This document shows, piece by piece, positions 48,305 through 60,169 of a stretch of 64,000 nt of DNA. The number at the start of each line of letters is the position of its first letter. Position 1 is the first letter of the stretch. Both the position numbers and the translations under genes were made by a program. Origin of the DNA: Octopus sinensis (Eukaryota); contig NC_043002.1 in NCBI RefSeq assembly GCF_006345805.1, positions 110,794,001-110,858,000 on the forward strand, written 5' to 3'. The notes below the pieces were generated by a model that worked only from the letters and a program-made list of their open reading frames with translations, was not told the origin of the DNA and did not search any database.

Positions 48305-49264
48305 ATGATATATATACATATGTATATATGGGTATAGGACATCAACTGAGTAAACAACAGGAAATACGAAAACAAATGAGTTAAATACACAATGAATTAG
48401 AGAAAAAAATGGGAAACAAGAAAAGTAAACACAGAGAAGAATCCTTCATCAGTTGTCGGCTGTCTATCTACTCCTCATTTCGAGCATTCAATGACAATTC
48501 AAAGACAGTTGCTCCCATGAATTCCAAAACAAAATTTAGGATTTATGCACGGTCAAAGTTAGGAACAGAAAAAAGACAGTGGAGGTATACAAGGAAACAC
48601 CTTTCCTACATATTGTCTACACCTTCTCTACATATTGAGCAGGACTTTTTACCTGATGGGGGAAGGGTACTCTCTGTTTTCTTGCTTACTAGAACCTTTC
48701 ATAGGTCTTCCTTTAGGAGGAGCAACATTATGTCCCTAGCCACTTACATATAGTGTTTAAAACAGAAAGGGACACCATACATAAATGGAGGCTCCTAGAA
48801 CTGGGGCTATACCTCAATGAGAGCAAAAGATGTAAGCTTTGATTGACTAAAAGAACAGGAATCTTAAAACAATCATTTGATCTGGGGTCCTTTTCAAACT
48901 GCAAAAGAAAACAAACGTGGGGGGTCATTAGGCCAGAACTAGAGGAAAATAGTGAATGCTGGGAAACATATTTTCTTTGAAAAGAGGAAAGATGGAAGAG
49001 AAAAAAAAACATCCAGTCCATTGAATGTCCATGCATGAAAAGAAAGATGGTCATGTGAGGAAAAGAAAGATGGATGACAGTCACATGTGAGCAACAAGAG
49101 AGAGACAACGAGATAGGGAGAGAGAGAGAAAATGGTGAAGAGGAGGAAAAGGGAATTAGAGAAGGATGGAGGAAGAAAACAGTAAATGGCAGAGTCGCAT
49201 CAAACGGTTAAGATAAATTTTCTTGGAAATGGATGCGCGGCGTTCAATTAAATAATAATAATGA

Positions 49265-49295
<31 letters not shown>

Positions 49296-49369
49296 ACAGG
49301 CTGCTTATAAATGCCAAAACTTTCCCATACGAAGAATGTACCACACAACATAGACTAGCAGTTAGCGAC

Positions 49370-51868
49370 TTCAGGATCAGGGCTAAAAGGATGCCCAGAA
49401 GATGACCAGCATGGAGGAGAAGGGTCTACTTAAAGATCCTGCGAATGGACAGAGATTTAGAGATGCATTACTTGAAGCCTTTGATGAAATAGAAGGGGAT
49501 ATAGCTTCACACGATGTGGAAGACAACTGGAGGTTTCTAAAGGACAACCTGCTGAGATCCGCGGACCAGATCTGTGGATGGTGCAAAGTCCCCTCTCAAT
49601 CCAAGATAACATGGTAGTGGAATAATGTTGTTAACAGGGCTATCAAAGAGCAGAAACAGGCTTGGAAGGTCTGGAAGAACAGTGGTAGCAGGGAATTGTA
49701 TCAGACTATGAGAAGCTAGGAGACAGGTTTATTTAACCAGAGGAGAAGCAGATAGGAAAAAATTTGCCAATGTTCTGTGCCATGAGGACCAAAGACTTGA
49801 GGTATTTCATGTTGCAAGACAGTGTGTGAGAGAGAATCATGATGCCGTAGGAGAGAAATGTGCCCACATGGATGATGGTTGACTTGCACTAAACGAGACT
49901 GCAAAGAGAGAGGTTTGGAGATGTCACTATAAAAGGTGCTCAATAAAGAGAATGAATGGGAAAAAGAGATTCTGCTGAATGTCAACCCAACTGAGGGACC
50001 AGCTATCCAAATTGACAGTACCTTGGTAGATAAAGCAATTAAGAGTATGAAGATAGGGAAATCCTCCGGCCCATCAGGAATCACTGCAGAGATGCTCAAA
50101 ATATCTGGTGGTGTTGGCTATAGCCTAGTCACCCATATAGTTAACTAGATGATACACAAAGGAGTCATACCCAATGTACAGGGATGCTGTCAGTTGGCAA
50201 GGAGTACACTAAAGAATTCAGGGTAGACGTTGGGGTCCACCAAGGTTCAGTCCTCAGCTCCCTTCTATTTATCATAGTTCTCTAGGAAATAACAGAGGAA
50301 TTCAAGACAGGATGCCCCTGGGAGCTCCTTGCTGATGACCTTGCTCTAATTGCTGAGTCACTATCAGAACTAGAGGAGAAGTTTCAAGTGTGGAAACAAG
50401 GGTTAGAATCGAAGGGCCTTAGAGTCAACCTAGCTAAAACCAAAGTCCTAATAAGTAAGAAGGCCGACAAATAACAAATCCCTTCAGGTAGATGGTCTTG
50501 CTCGATCTGTAGAAAAGGCGTAGATAGAAACTCTATAAGATGTACCCTGACACATAAGAGGTGCAGCAATATCAAAGGAAGGCTAACTGGGAAGAAAGTT
50601 TTTGTATGTGGCAGATGCTCAGGAGCAATGAACACTGAAAATGTGTAGAGAACAACTTCTGTCACATTCCAGGGAGAAAAACTAGAAGTAGTTGATAGCT
50701 TCCATTACCTAGGTGATCAAGTCAGTAGCGGGGGTGGGTGCTCTGAAAGTGTACCTGCTAGAATAAGAATAGCCTTGGCAATGTTCAGAGAGCTCAGCTG
50801 GTGACAAAGGGCCTCTCGCTCAGAGTAAAAGGTAGACTGTATGACGCATGTGTACAAACAGCCATGCTACATGGCAGTGAAACATGGGCCGTGACTGCTG
50901 AGGACATGCGTAAGCTTACAAAGAATGAAGGCAGTATGCTCCGCTGGATGTGTAATGTCAGTGTGCATACTCGACAGAGTGTAAGTGCCTTGAGAGAAAA
51001 GTTGGACATAAAAAACATCAGATGTGGAGTGCAAGAGACAACTGCGCTGGTATGGTCATGTGGTGAGAATGGATGAGGATAGCTGTGTGAGAAAGTGACA
51101 CACCCTAGTGGTTGAGGGAACCTGTGGAAGAGGTAGACTCAGGAAGACCTGGGATGAAGTGGTGAAGCACGACCTTCGAACATTAGGCCTCACTGAGGCA
51201 ATGACTAGTGACCGAGTTCCTTGGAAATTTGCTGTGCTTGAGAAGACCTGGCAAGCCAAGTAAGACCAAAACCCATGGCCTATGCCAGGGGTGTAATCAG
51301 CCCACTTATGCATACCTGGACAATAAACTCTACTTGTGAAGACCTGTTGATGCAAATGAAATCGAAATCGGAATCAAATTCGATGACAGCACCGCATGGC
51401 TGGCATCCGTGCTAGTGGAGTGCTAAGAGCACCATCCGAGCGTAATTGTTGCCAGGGCAACTGATTAGCTCCCATGCTGGTGGCATGTAAAAAACACCAT
51501 TCGAGTGTGATCGTTACCAGCGTCACCTTACTGACACTCGTGCCGGTGGCACATGAATAACAATATTTAAGCAAGGTTGTTGCCAGTGCCGCTGGACTGG
51601 CCCCCAAGCAGGTGGCACATAAAAAACACCATTTGAGCATGGCCATTGCCAGTACCTCTTGACTGGCCCTAGTGCCAGTGGCATGTAAAAGCACCTACTA
51701 CACTCTCGGAGTGGTTGGCGTTAGGAAGGGCATCCAGCCGTAGAAACATTGCCAGATCAGACTGGGCCTGATGCAGCCTTCTGGCTTCACAGACCCCAGT
51801 TGAACCGTTCAACCCATGCTAGCATGGAAAGCGGACGCTAAATGATGATGATGATGATGATGATGATT
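49370..51868 (+). mobile_element. Decayed RTE-clade LINE: ORF remnants, RT, 3' UTR with tandem modules, (GAT)n tail
   Basis: Translated pieces GKSSGPSGITAEML, GVHQGSVLSSLLF, ELL.ADDLALIAE, MLHGSETW, RWYGHV. Many stops and frameshifts. Ends gcatccagccgtag...aaatgatgatg. Confidence 0.9.
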
Positions 51869-52311
51869 ATATATATCATATATATCATTATTTGAATGAA
51901 CACCACACATCTGTTTCCAAGTAAGTATATATGTATATATATGTGTGTGTGTATGTGTGTATCCTTATCTAACTTCTGTTTTCTTTCCTCCACTTCACTG
52001 TGTATTCCATATCTTCTCTATAATAACTATTGCTGAACCATTTTCTCGCACTGTCTCTGATATATAAAATATCCTTGAAACAGCTGTAAGACATTCTCTT
52101 TATAAATGTTCTGAAATCTTTCATAGCCTTGGATATTTTATCTCATTCTGTTAATTATACACACACACATATACAGCAATAAGAAAATGGAGGGGGTCAA
52201 GAGGTGGTATTCATCAACTTTTAGACATTATATTATGTCTATTTATTTATTTTTTAAAAAGACAATTATAACAATATACATACATGTATAACATATTATG
52301 CTTTACATATA

Positions 52312-52708
52312 TCTTTATATATAAAAGAGAAGTTGTGTGTCTGTCTCCTACGATTTAGATTCCTAACTACTCCCACATTTTGCGGTGCAGTTTAACCAAA
52401 ACCGGGTATCTTATAGTCGTGATTCATATCGAGCCCTTCTGGGTAATAGCGTGCATCTACGATGAGTTTACAATTTAAAAAAAAAATTACCATCAATTTT
52501 TCACATTTTTAATGCATTTTCGCTCGGTTTATATAAGGGAAGTAACTCTCTAAAAATGTTTTATTAAATCTCAGAACGTAAAAAGCTACAGTAACACCCC
52601 GCCTTTGTGGTTAGCCATATTGAGATGGCTATTATACTTTACATCTCTAAAAATGCTTATATAGTTATTTCCCTTACAAACCCGAGCAACGCCGGGTGAT
52701 ACTGCTAG
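52312..52708 (+). mobile_element. Non-autonomous Helitron
   Basis: a|TC...cccgagcaacgccggg...CTAG|t: 5'-TC, 3'-CTAG, subterminal hairpin, AT target, no TSD. Confidence 0.85.
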
Positions 52709-52732
52709 TAATACATAAAATATAAAATCACA

Positions 52733-54680
52733 TTCTCTCTACACCATGTTGAAGTTCACCATCCAACTGGGAGAGTGCCTTGCACGTCAGGATCTTCTCA
52801 GCCTAGGCACCTCATTCTCCTCCTCTCCACAATCATCATCTGGTGAAGCGACATCCCTGCAAAGGTCCAAGACATGTTGCAGAATTCCATCCACAGAGAC
52901 ATTGTTTCTGGAATTGACTGCCGTCACCGTTCCTCTGCTCCATCCAACCAAAATGCAAATAAATGGGAAACTCTTGTGAAAGGTAGGAGAGTCCAGTTTG
53001 CTGGACATTGTTGTAGAGCTGAAAAAGGAGTAATTTCTACTCTTCTCCTCTGGAAGCCATCTACTCGCAATACCAGAGGGCGCACACTCTCCTACCCTGA
53101 TGTAATCTCCAGGGATACAGGCATCCAGCAACAGGACCTCCGTAATGCCATGATGGACCGTGAAGTCTGGCGTAGCATGGTAAATTCCATTGTCTCGACC
53201 ACGGTCGAACAATGATGAATGATGATGACAGCGCGCCTTCGGTGGCTTAACCCAGACTTCCTCTCCTATTTTCACGCGGGCGGATCCCTTCTCTTCCTCG
53301 TGACACTTCAGCACTTTACTCGGATGCCTCCATTCCTATTTAAATAGCTCTTTGTATGGCACAGATTCTTCAGCTTGTCCAGATCGGGGAGACATGTTGT
53401 ACCAGAAAACTCCTACCAGCAGCGAAATGTGTCTTCTTTCCGCTATGGCCTTAACTGTCCGATGGTGCCTCTCTACGATTCCGTTACCGCTCAGCCTATA
53501 CACTGCTCTGAACAAGCGGAGCACTTTCCACAGGTCGAGCTTCTGAACGAAACGCCACCCCATTGTCAATAAACAGTTCTTCCACAGGACCCCTCTCTAA
53601 AATTATCCCATTCAAAATCTGCACAATCTTGTCAACAATGCCAGTCCTCAACTCCCTCCAAATGGCCAGCCAGCCTGGCCCGCAGTCGACCATGGAGAGA
53701 TACATTCCCTGACGGTAGTGCGTCACATCCACAGCTATCCTCTTCCAGTTGTGCTCCACCAAAAGGTTTCCTTCCTCATGCCCACACAGAGCAGGGTCAA
53801 TGGACTGACACCTGTCGCAGCTCCCGACCACTTTCCAGATGCTTCTCCTAGTGACGTCAGCATCAATCATCTTCGCGAGGTACAGGGTCCTGTCCACACC
53901 CAAGTGATGCATAGCATGCAGTCTCTTCAGTTCAGAGTCATCCAACCGACACGTTGCAGCTAGCCCTTTCTCTGCCTCCTCCATCCATGCCCTTTTCACC
54001 CTGGTCTGTGCGTCTGCCCCGTTTCTCTCCGAAGGCACGAAAACCATATTCAGCTTCAGTCTGAACTCAGCAAACAATTCTCCTAGAACTCCTAGATGGC
54101 ACTTCACCAACATCTCCATGGAACCTTCCATCCAAACTCTCCTCTCACCAGTGATCACCAATCCTACCCAGCCAAGCACAGTGGTCGAATCTGTCCAGAT
54201 TTCGATTGAGCACAGCCCCCATTTCAAGGTCAAGTTCACCCCCTTCAGCACCGCATCTAATTCGTCAACATTGATGTGGTTAAAGTCGTCTGCTTTCCAA
54301 AGCCAGGCCATGTGTGGAAAGGCTTCTGCTCACCGTTTGTATGCAAGAGCAATTTTTGGAGCCTTCGACCTCCAACACAACCCCTATCGCTATACTGTTA
54401 GCATCACACCAGACAGTCCCATATTCCGTCTTGGGTACATACCAGTTCCCCCTGACCGGATCTTCCGCTCTCGTCTTCTCTAGGATTTCCCGCATCATCA
54501 CCACAGCCCCTCTCCCAGTGCTAAAAATAGCAGCTGCTTTTCCCTTACCTTGTCGAAGCACTCAAAACGTCCAACACTCTCGGCTACCCCGCAATGCCAA
54601 TCATCCCCTGCCTGCATGCACATCACTCCTGCACCCTTCCTCTTCCGGTCAGCTCCCCAGCTGCTGACATCATTCCACAT
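52733..54680 (-). mobile_element. LTR-retrotransposon-type pol fragment: RT end, RNase H, HHCC plus DDE integrase (degenerate)
   Basis: WCDAN, HINVDELDAV, WTDS, NGADAQTR (RNase H); HAMHHLG..CDRC; AVDVTHY, IDNG.AF, GNGIVERHHRTVK (integrase). Frameshifts present. Confidence 0.88.
52944..53228 (+). mobile_element. Same LINE C-terminal fragment, inserted into the LTR-type element
   Basis: Near-identical to 23086-23345. Interrupts VWVKPPKARC / WSRGTVTAVN. Confidence 0.85.
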
Positions 54681-55029
54681 AAATTAAGGGTAAAATAACT
54701 TTTTACCCTCACCCCTTTATTATACTCGGTAATGTAATTGCCATGCAATGAAATAACACTTGTGTATTAATAATTGGGTATTCTACCAGCAGTAGATTGG
54801 AGAGATATTATCCCTTAGTTGGTTGGATTCACAACCTCTAACTTTCTTGGAATATATATATGTATATGTATGTATATATGGGTGCATATGTGTGTGTATG
54901 CATCCCATCATTACAATCATCATTTAACATACTTATGTTAATGTGTACATGAAGATGTAAATATGTATATTAATAAATACACATAGATAAACATAAAACA
55001 CACACGTATATATATAGGTGTGAAGGTAT

Positions 55030-55282
55030 GGCGGAGAGCTGGCTAAGGCGGAGAGCTGGCAGAAACGTTAGCACGTTGGGCGAAATGCTTAGCGGTATTT
55101 CGTCTGCCGTTGCGTTGTGAGTTCAAATTCCGTCGAGGTTGACTTTACCTTTCATCCTTTCAGGGTCGATAAATTAAGTACTAGTTACGCACTGGGGTCG
55201 ATGTAATCGACTTAATACCTATGTCTGTCCTTGTTTGTCCCTTCTATGTTTAGCCCCTTGTGGGTAATAAAGAAATAGGTAT
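55030..55282 (+). mobile_element. SINE family B with a duplicated 5' head
   Basis: ggcggagagctggc occurs twice (55030, 55047), followed by the family B body. Confidence 0.88.
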
Positions 55283-55959
55283 AGGCATGGCAATGTAATT
55301 AAGAAGCCTGCATCCCACTCACAGTGTGACCTCTTGAAGAAGTGTCTTCTGCCAGAACTTTGTGGTGAATTTGGTTGATGGAAAGAAACCTGTGATATGT
55401 ATATGAGTGCGTGTACCATGTATTGGAATCGGGCAATTGTTGTTAAGAAGCATCACAGTCGTAAGAGCGACGTTCTTTATTTCCACTCTTGCATGAAACT
55501 CATGAAATCATGTCTGTTCAAGGACAAATGACTTGCTTGGAAACAGGTGAGTGTCGACGATAGGATGGGCATCCAGCCATAGAAAATATGTCTCGATAAA
55601 TTCCGTCCGACTCATGCAAAGCTAGAAAAGTGGACGTGAAAACAGCGGCGACGGCGGGGACAACGACGACGACGACGTATTTCGTGGATCATGTGAAAGC
55701 TGGTTTGAAAACTGGTGTTGTTGTTTGTTGAATATACATTGCATTAGAAGTATTTAGACGGTTTCTGTTGCGCTCCTGCGACCGGGTGTTGAGGTTTACT
55801 GCTCGGATCCTCTACGGTTGATCGTGGGTATTTTCCGAGCCCCCTTCCCCACCAGCGCGCATTTTTTTCGTCATATTCCTTCAATATACGATGCCTTACA
55901 CCTGTTACACATATTGTTTTCCATTTTTCCCACCCGGGCGCGGATCTATATATTAATTG

Positions 55960-56560
55960 GAGCTCGGAATCAATATGGACAACTAAGAGCCCTTGATGAC
56001 GAATTTTCAGCGAGGATAAAAGACCAACAGTAAATCAAAGAGTAAAAGAATATATGTATAAGTGGGTCCACGAGGAATCTTTTTCGTTTTTTCCAACCAC
56101 AAATCTTAATCTGAAAATTTTCGAAAAGCGTACTTTTGATATAGTTTTGCATGCTGATAACGACATCGCAGTTATTATTTTGGAAAACTTATAATAAAGA
56201 AATTAGAATCATTTAAATTTCAGTATATTAGGCAATGAATTTCAAGTGAGTGTCCTCAGAGCGGAAGTCGAAAGTATTTGTTGGTAGGCAACTCTAGTCT
56301 ATCGTGAGTAAAAAGATTGAGAGCTATTAGGTTTTGTAAGGATGCATTTGGGATTGGTATCACTATCGCAGAAGGTAGACTATAAAAATCATTTACTGGA
56401 GATCCGCGAGGAAGATTTAATCCACAATCCAATGAAGATTGATGGTGGTCAAAGTAGAATTGTTGAAGTAGACGAAACTGTATTCTACGGGAAAATACAA
56501 CCTGGGTTTAAATGTTAGTGGGGTTTCGACGGTGCCGTTGGAAAAAAAACCCAAAAAACA
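55960..56560 (+). pseudogene. Merlin (IS1595/ISXO2-like) DDE transposase relic
   Basis: DYKNHLLEIREEDLIHNPMKIDGGQSRIVEVDETVF, then frameshifted GKYNLG, then WGFDG; fits the IGG.G.IVE.DE..F..RKYNRG...W.FGG pattern. Stops present. Left boundary approximate. Confidence 0.7.
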
Positions 56561-56587
56561 TCCTAAGCGTGACTGAGTTAGGTATAA

Positions 56588-57055
56588 AACACACACACAC
56601 ACACACACACAAACGTGATCACACGTACACACACGTACACACACACACACAAGCGTGATCACAAGTACACACACACACACAAGCGTGATCACACGTACAC
56701 ACACACACACACAAGCGTGATCACACGTACACACACACATGTACACACACACATGTACACACACACACGTGCATGTATACACACACGTACGCACATACAC
56801 ACACACACACACACACACGTACATACATACATACACCCGTACACACACACACACGTACATGCATACACACACGTACATACATACACACACGTACACACAC
56901 ACACACGTACACACACACGTACATACATACACACACACACACGTACACACACACGCACGCACACACACACACGTACATACATACACACACGAGCGTGATC
57001 ACACGTACACACACACACACGTACGCACACACACACACGTACATACATACACGCA
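56588..57055. repeat. Compound (CA)n/CGTA/CATA microsatellite with ~30-bp higher-order units
   Basis: gcgtgatcacacgtacacac... units plus long alternating purine-pyrimidine runs. Confidence 0.95.
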
Positions 57056-57708
57056 CCTGCTCACGTAGATACACCCTCACGCATACAAAAAAAAAAATGA
57101 AACAGAGTTGTCTCCCTGTGTCTGCATATTTGTTTGGTCGAAGGAAAAAAAATGCGTCTTTTTCCTTCTTTCGCCTCTCCAAAAGACATCAGGCAGATTT
57201 ACATTAAATTGGGTCCTACCTTTTTTAAGGACAAGACACATTGCCTTAAAAAATCTGTATGTTTGAACGGATTGATCTGGAGCTAAACAACACTATTTAA
57301 AAATATATGTATTGAACGGATGATATGCTGTATTTTTAAAATAATGAGTTTTATCGAATTACAGAAGGAAAAAGTCGATGAAATTTATTCGAAATATGAA
57401 CTCGAAAAATGAATTAATTCGTTTATATTGCTTTTGGGACCACATGATTTACATCTTCCTGAAGCTTTTAGACTGACAAACTCTGCTCTCTTTCTTCTCT
57501 TGACTGCGACCTTCAGTATATTCTTTCTCTGTCTGTATTCTAGGGTTCTGTCACGATTTGTCCAATATTCTAACGCTCAATGTATTCGATGAAGATTGTA
57601 AATCTGTCTGCATGCATGCACACACACACACACACACACACACGCTAATATGGGAGAAGGTTACCATTTTAACTGGTTCTCTGATTGAACCAATAGTATG
57701 CGTTATTA

Positions 57709-58115
57709 GTGGAGGCGCAATGGCCCAGTGGTTAGGGCAGCGGACTCGCGGTCATAGGATCGCGGTTTCGATTCCCAGACCGGGCGTTGTGAGTGTTTAT
57801 TGAGCGAAAACACCTAAAAGCCCCACGAGACTCCGGCAGGGGATGGTGGTGATCCCTGCTGTACTCTTTCACCACAACTTTCTCTCACTCTTACTTCCTG
57901 TTTCTGTTGTACCTGTATTTCAAGGGGCCGTCCTTGTCACTCTCTGTGTCACGCTGAATATCCCCGAGAACTACGTTAAGGGTACACGTGTGTGTGGAGT
58001 GCTCAGCCATTGTGTGTGGAGTGCTCAGCCACTTACACATTAATTTCACAAGCAGGCTGTTCCGTTGATCGGATCAACCGGAACCCTCGTCGTCGTAACC
58101 GACGGAGTGCTTCCA
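57709..58115 (+). mobile_element. SINE family C (tail type 1)
   Basis: Match to 15855-16244, with an internal ~22-bp tandem duplication near 57990-58030. Confidence 0.9.
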
Positions 58116-58119
58116 TATC

Positions 58120-58360
58120 TGTGTGATTGAAAGACATAATGTACTGACAACCAGAATTTACAGTTCAAAATGCATGTCTTTAATGATGGTTTCTTTTTTC
58201 TTGCATCTCATTTCTGTAGCACATAACTACCAGGAAGATGTCTCCAAACTTTCTAGTGATGAAGTAAAGAGGCTCCTAATTTTGGACAATGCATTTGCTC
58301 AGCCAGTAAGTCACCAATTTGTCATTAATGAGTATGAAGTGATGCTGCCGTGTAAGGTTC
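58120..58360 (+). pseudogene. pogo/Tigger-like (DDE_1) transposase relic
   Basis: HNYQEDVSKLSSDEVKRLLILDNAFAQP resembles the LLILDNAPAHP motif. Frameshifted upstream. Confidence 0.55.
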
Positions 58361-58363
58361 AGC

Positions 58364-58538
58364 GTGCATGCGCAGAATGAGACTACTTCCGGGTGGCCAC
58401 CGGAAGTCTTCCCCATGCGCATGTGCAGGAAACTGACCCCTAGAACACAGACCACTCACTCACTCTCTCTGGCCCCAACAGCGCTCGTGAACAGACGTGC
58501 ATTAGAAGTCTCTGAGAACTACGCATCGACTTAGCAAC
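58364..58538. promoter_or_regulatory. CpG-rich promoter-like motif cluster
   Basis: gtgcatgcgca and catgcgcatg (NRF1-like); inverted pair acttccgg/ccggaagt (ETS-like); actac motifs; cttagcaac (RFX-like half site). Confidence 0.55.
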
Positions 58539-59344
58539 GGACCACATCGAATCACTTCAATCAACCAACAAGAAGCAGTACAAAGATTCGGCTGTCGTTT
58601 CCCCTCAGAAATACATACACCATCACGAGTAATAAACAACATTTGCTGTCTTTCCCAGATAACCTGACTTCGTCTGTTGTTTTAACTAAAATTGAATGTG
58701 ACGGGATCGGATCGGACACCCCTCCAGTGATACTGAATCTAGATCCTGTTACAAGTATGTTCTTGCCCCACAATGGAACCTGTATTATCAAACCAACAAA
58801 TCAAAGTATGGTTATAGCATACAAGACACAATACCAGCAAAGTTCTCATGGCGTTAGATGAGGACAGACAATCTTCTTGGAAAGAAACATGAGGAGAAAG
58901 AACAGTCAATAAAATTTTGAACTACAATCACAATTTGGCTATATTCAATTTGGCAGCTTCATTCCAGGCAAGGAACATTACAGCTGAACCCAATATTTAG
59001 AAAACTTTTCTGCATGATATGAAAATAGAATACATTTTTGAAGGATTTGGTACACGGAACTCTTATAAGTATTTCAGAGGGCAGGCAAAACAGCTGTCAC
59101 AAAGATCAGCATCAGAACCTGGCTAGAAGATGTAGAGGGTGGTCCTAAATACGAAATGTTATGAAAAGAAGAAGTAGTGAAGTTTGTGTTAGAGCTGGCA
59201 TGGATAAAAACCACAAATCACTGGGCTTTGCAATAGTTCTGTTACACTTGTTATGATGCTCTGAACAAAGGACACAACAATAGTTTTGATGCTGTTAGAC
59301 ATGTTTTGATTGTTTTAACATATAAATGTGTGTTTAAATATTAA

Positions 59345-59860
59345 TATCACTCTATGTGGCTGTCTTCAGCGGTGAGCACACACACCAAGTGAGGCCTGAA
59401 AGCTATGTAGATGAGATCTAAAGGTCACACACGCATTGTGGATGAAGTCCTTCCTCATGCTGGCCCACATGCAGTTGATGGAGGACTTCAGCTCATCAAC
59501 GTTGCTGTGGTGGACCTTGCAAGCCTTGCCCTCGACATGTACCCACAACCTGTAGTCGAGGGAGTTAACTGCAGTGGCCAAAAGTCAGACCAGAAGTTCA
59601 TGTTCGACCCCAACTACTGTTGCATGGTCTAGGCCACGTGGGTGGGGTCACTGTCCTGCTGAAAGACATAGTCTGCCTTCTTCGTGATCTTTCTCACCCA
59701 GAGCAGGACTTTTGTGGCCAAGAGGTCCCTATAGTTGGCTGCAGTGAGCCTGTAACCAACCGTAAACCATACCAGCTGCATCTTCTTGCCGTTCGAAGCC
59801 ACAACGCTGAGCATCATCACAGAAGCCACAACAAACACCACTGTACATGACTTGTACAGC
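59345..59860 (-). pseudogene. Tc1/mariner-superfamily (maT/DD37D-like) transposase relic
   Basis: ASVMMLSVVASNG...DYVFQQDSDPTH...FWP..NSLDYRLWVHVEGKAC...ELKSSI...W. Stops and deletions. Confidence 0.75.
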
Positions 59861-60169
59861 TCTAACAAGGTACTCCTCTACTCCTAGCTTCCTTTGAGAC
59901 CCCTAGATAAGAGAATTGGAAACCCCGTCGAAAACTTTCTCCAGGTCAACAAAAGCTAAGTACAATGGTTTACTTTTGGCCAAATACTTTTCTTGCAACT
60001 GTCTCACTATGAAGACTTCTCTCAGGTAAAAAACCAAACTGAATCTCATCTAGCTTAATTATATTCCTAATCAACTGAGCTACAGCTTTCTCTGTAATTT
60101 TCATGACCTGATTCAGCAATTTGATACCTCTGTAGTTGTTTCAATCTAAGGCATCACCTTTACCCTTGT

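Noticed and set aside
48425-48500. CUGAUGA and GAAA in permuted (type II) order on the minus strand
   Set aside because: Required helices II and III cannot be formed.
56417-57207. Multiple 110-190-aa VC/HT-rich ORFs
   Set aside because: Translation of a (CA)n compound microsatellite.
58221-58306. Exon-like segment with strong AG/GT signals as a host exon
   Set aside because: Peptide matches a pogo/Tigger LLILDNA..HP motif with frameshifted flanks, so it is better explained as a transposase relic. Exonisation is not excluded.
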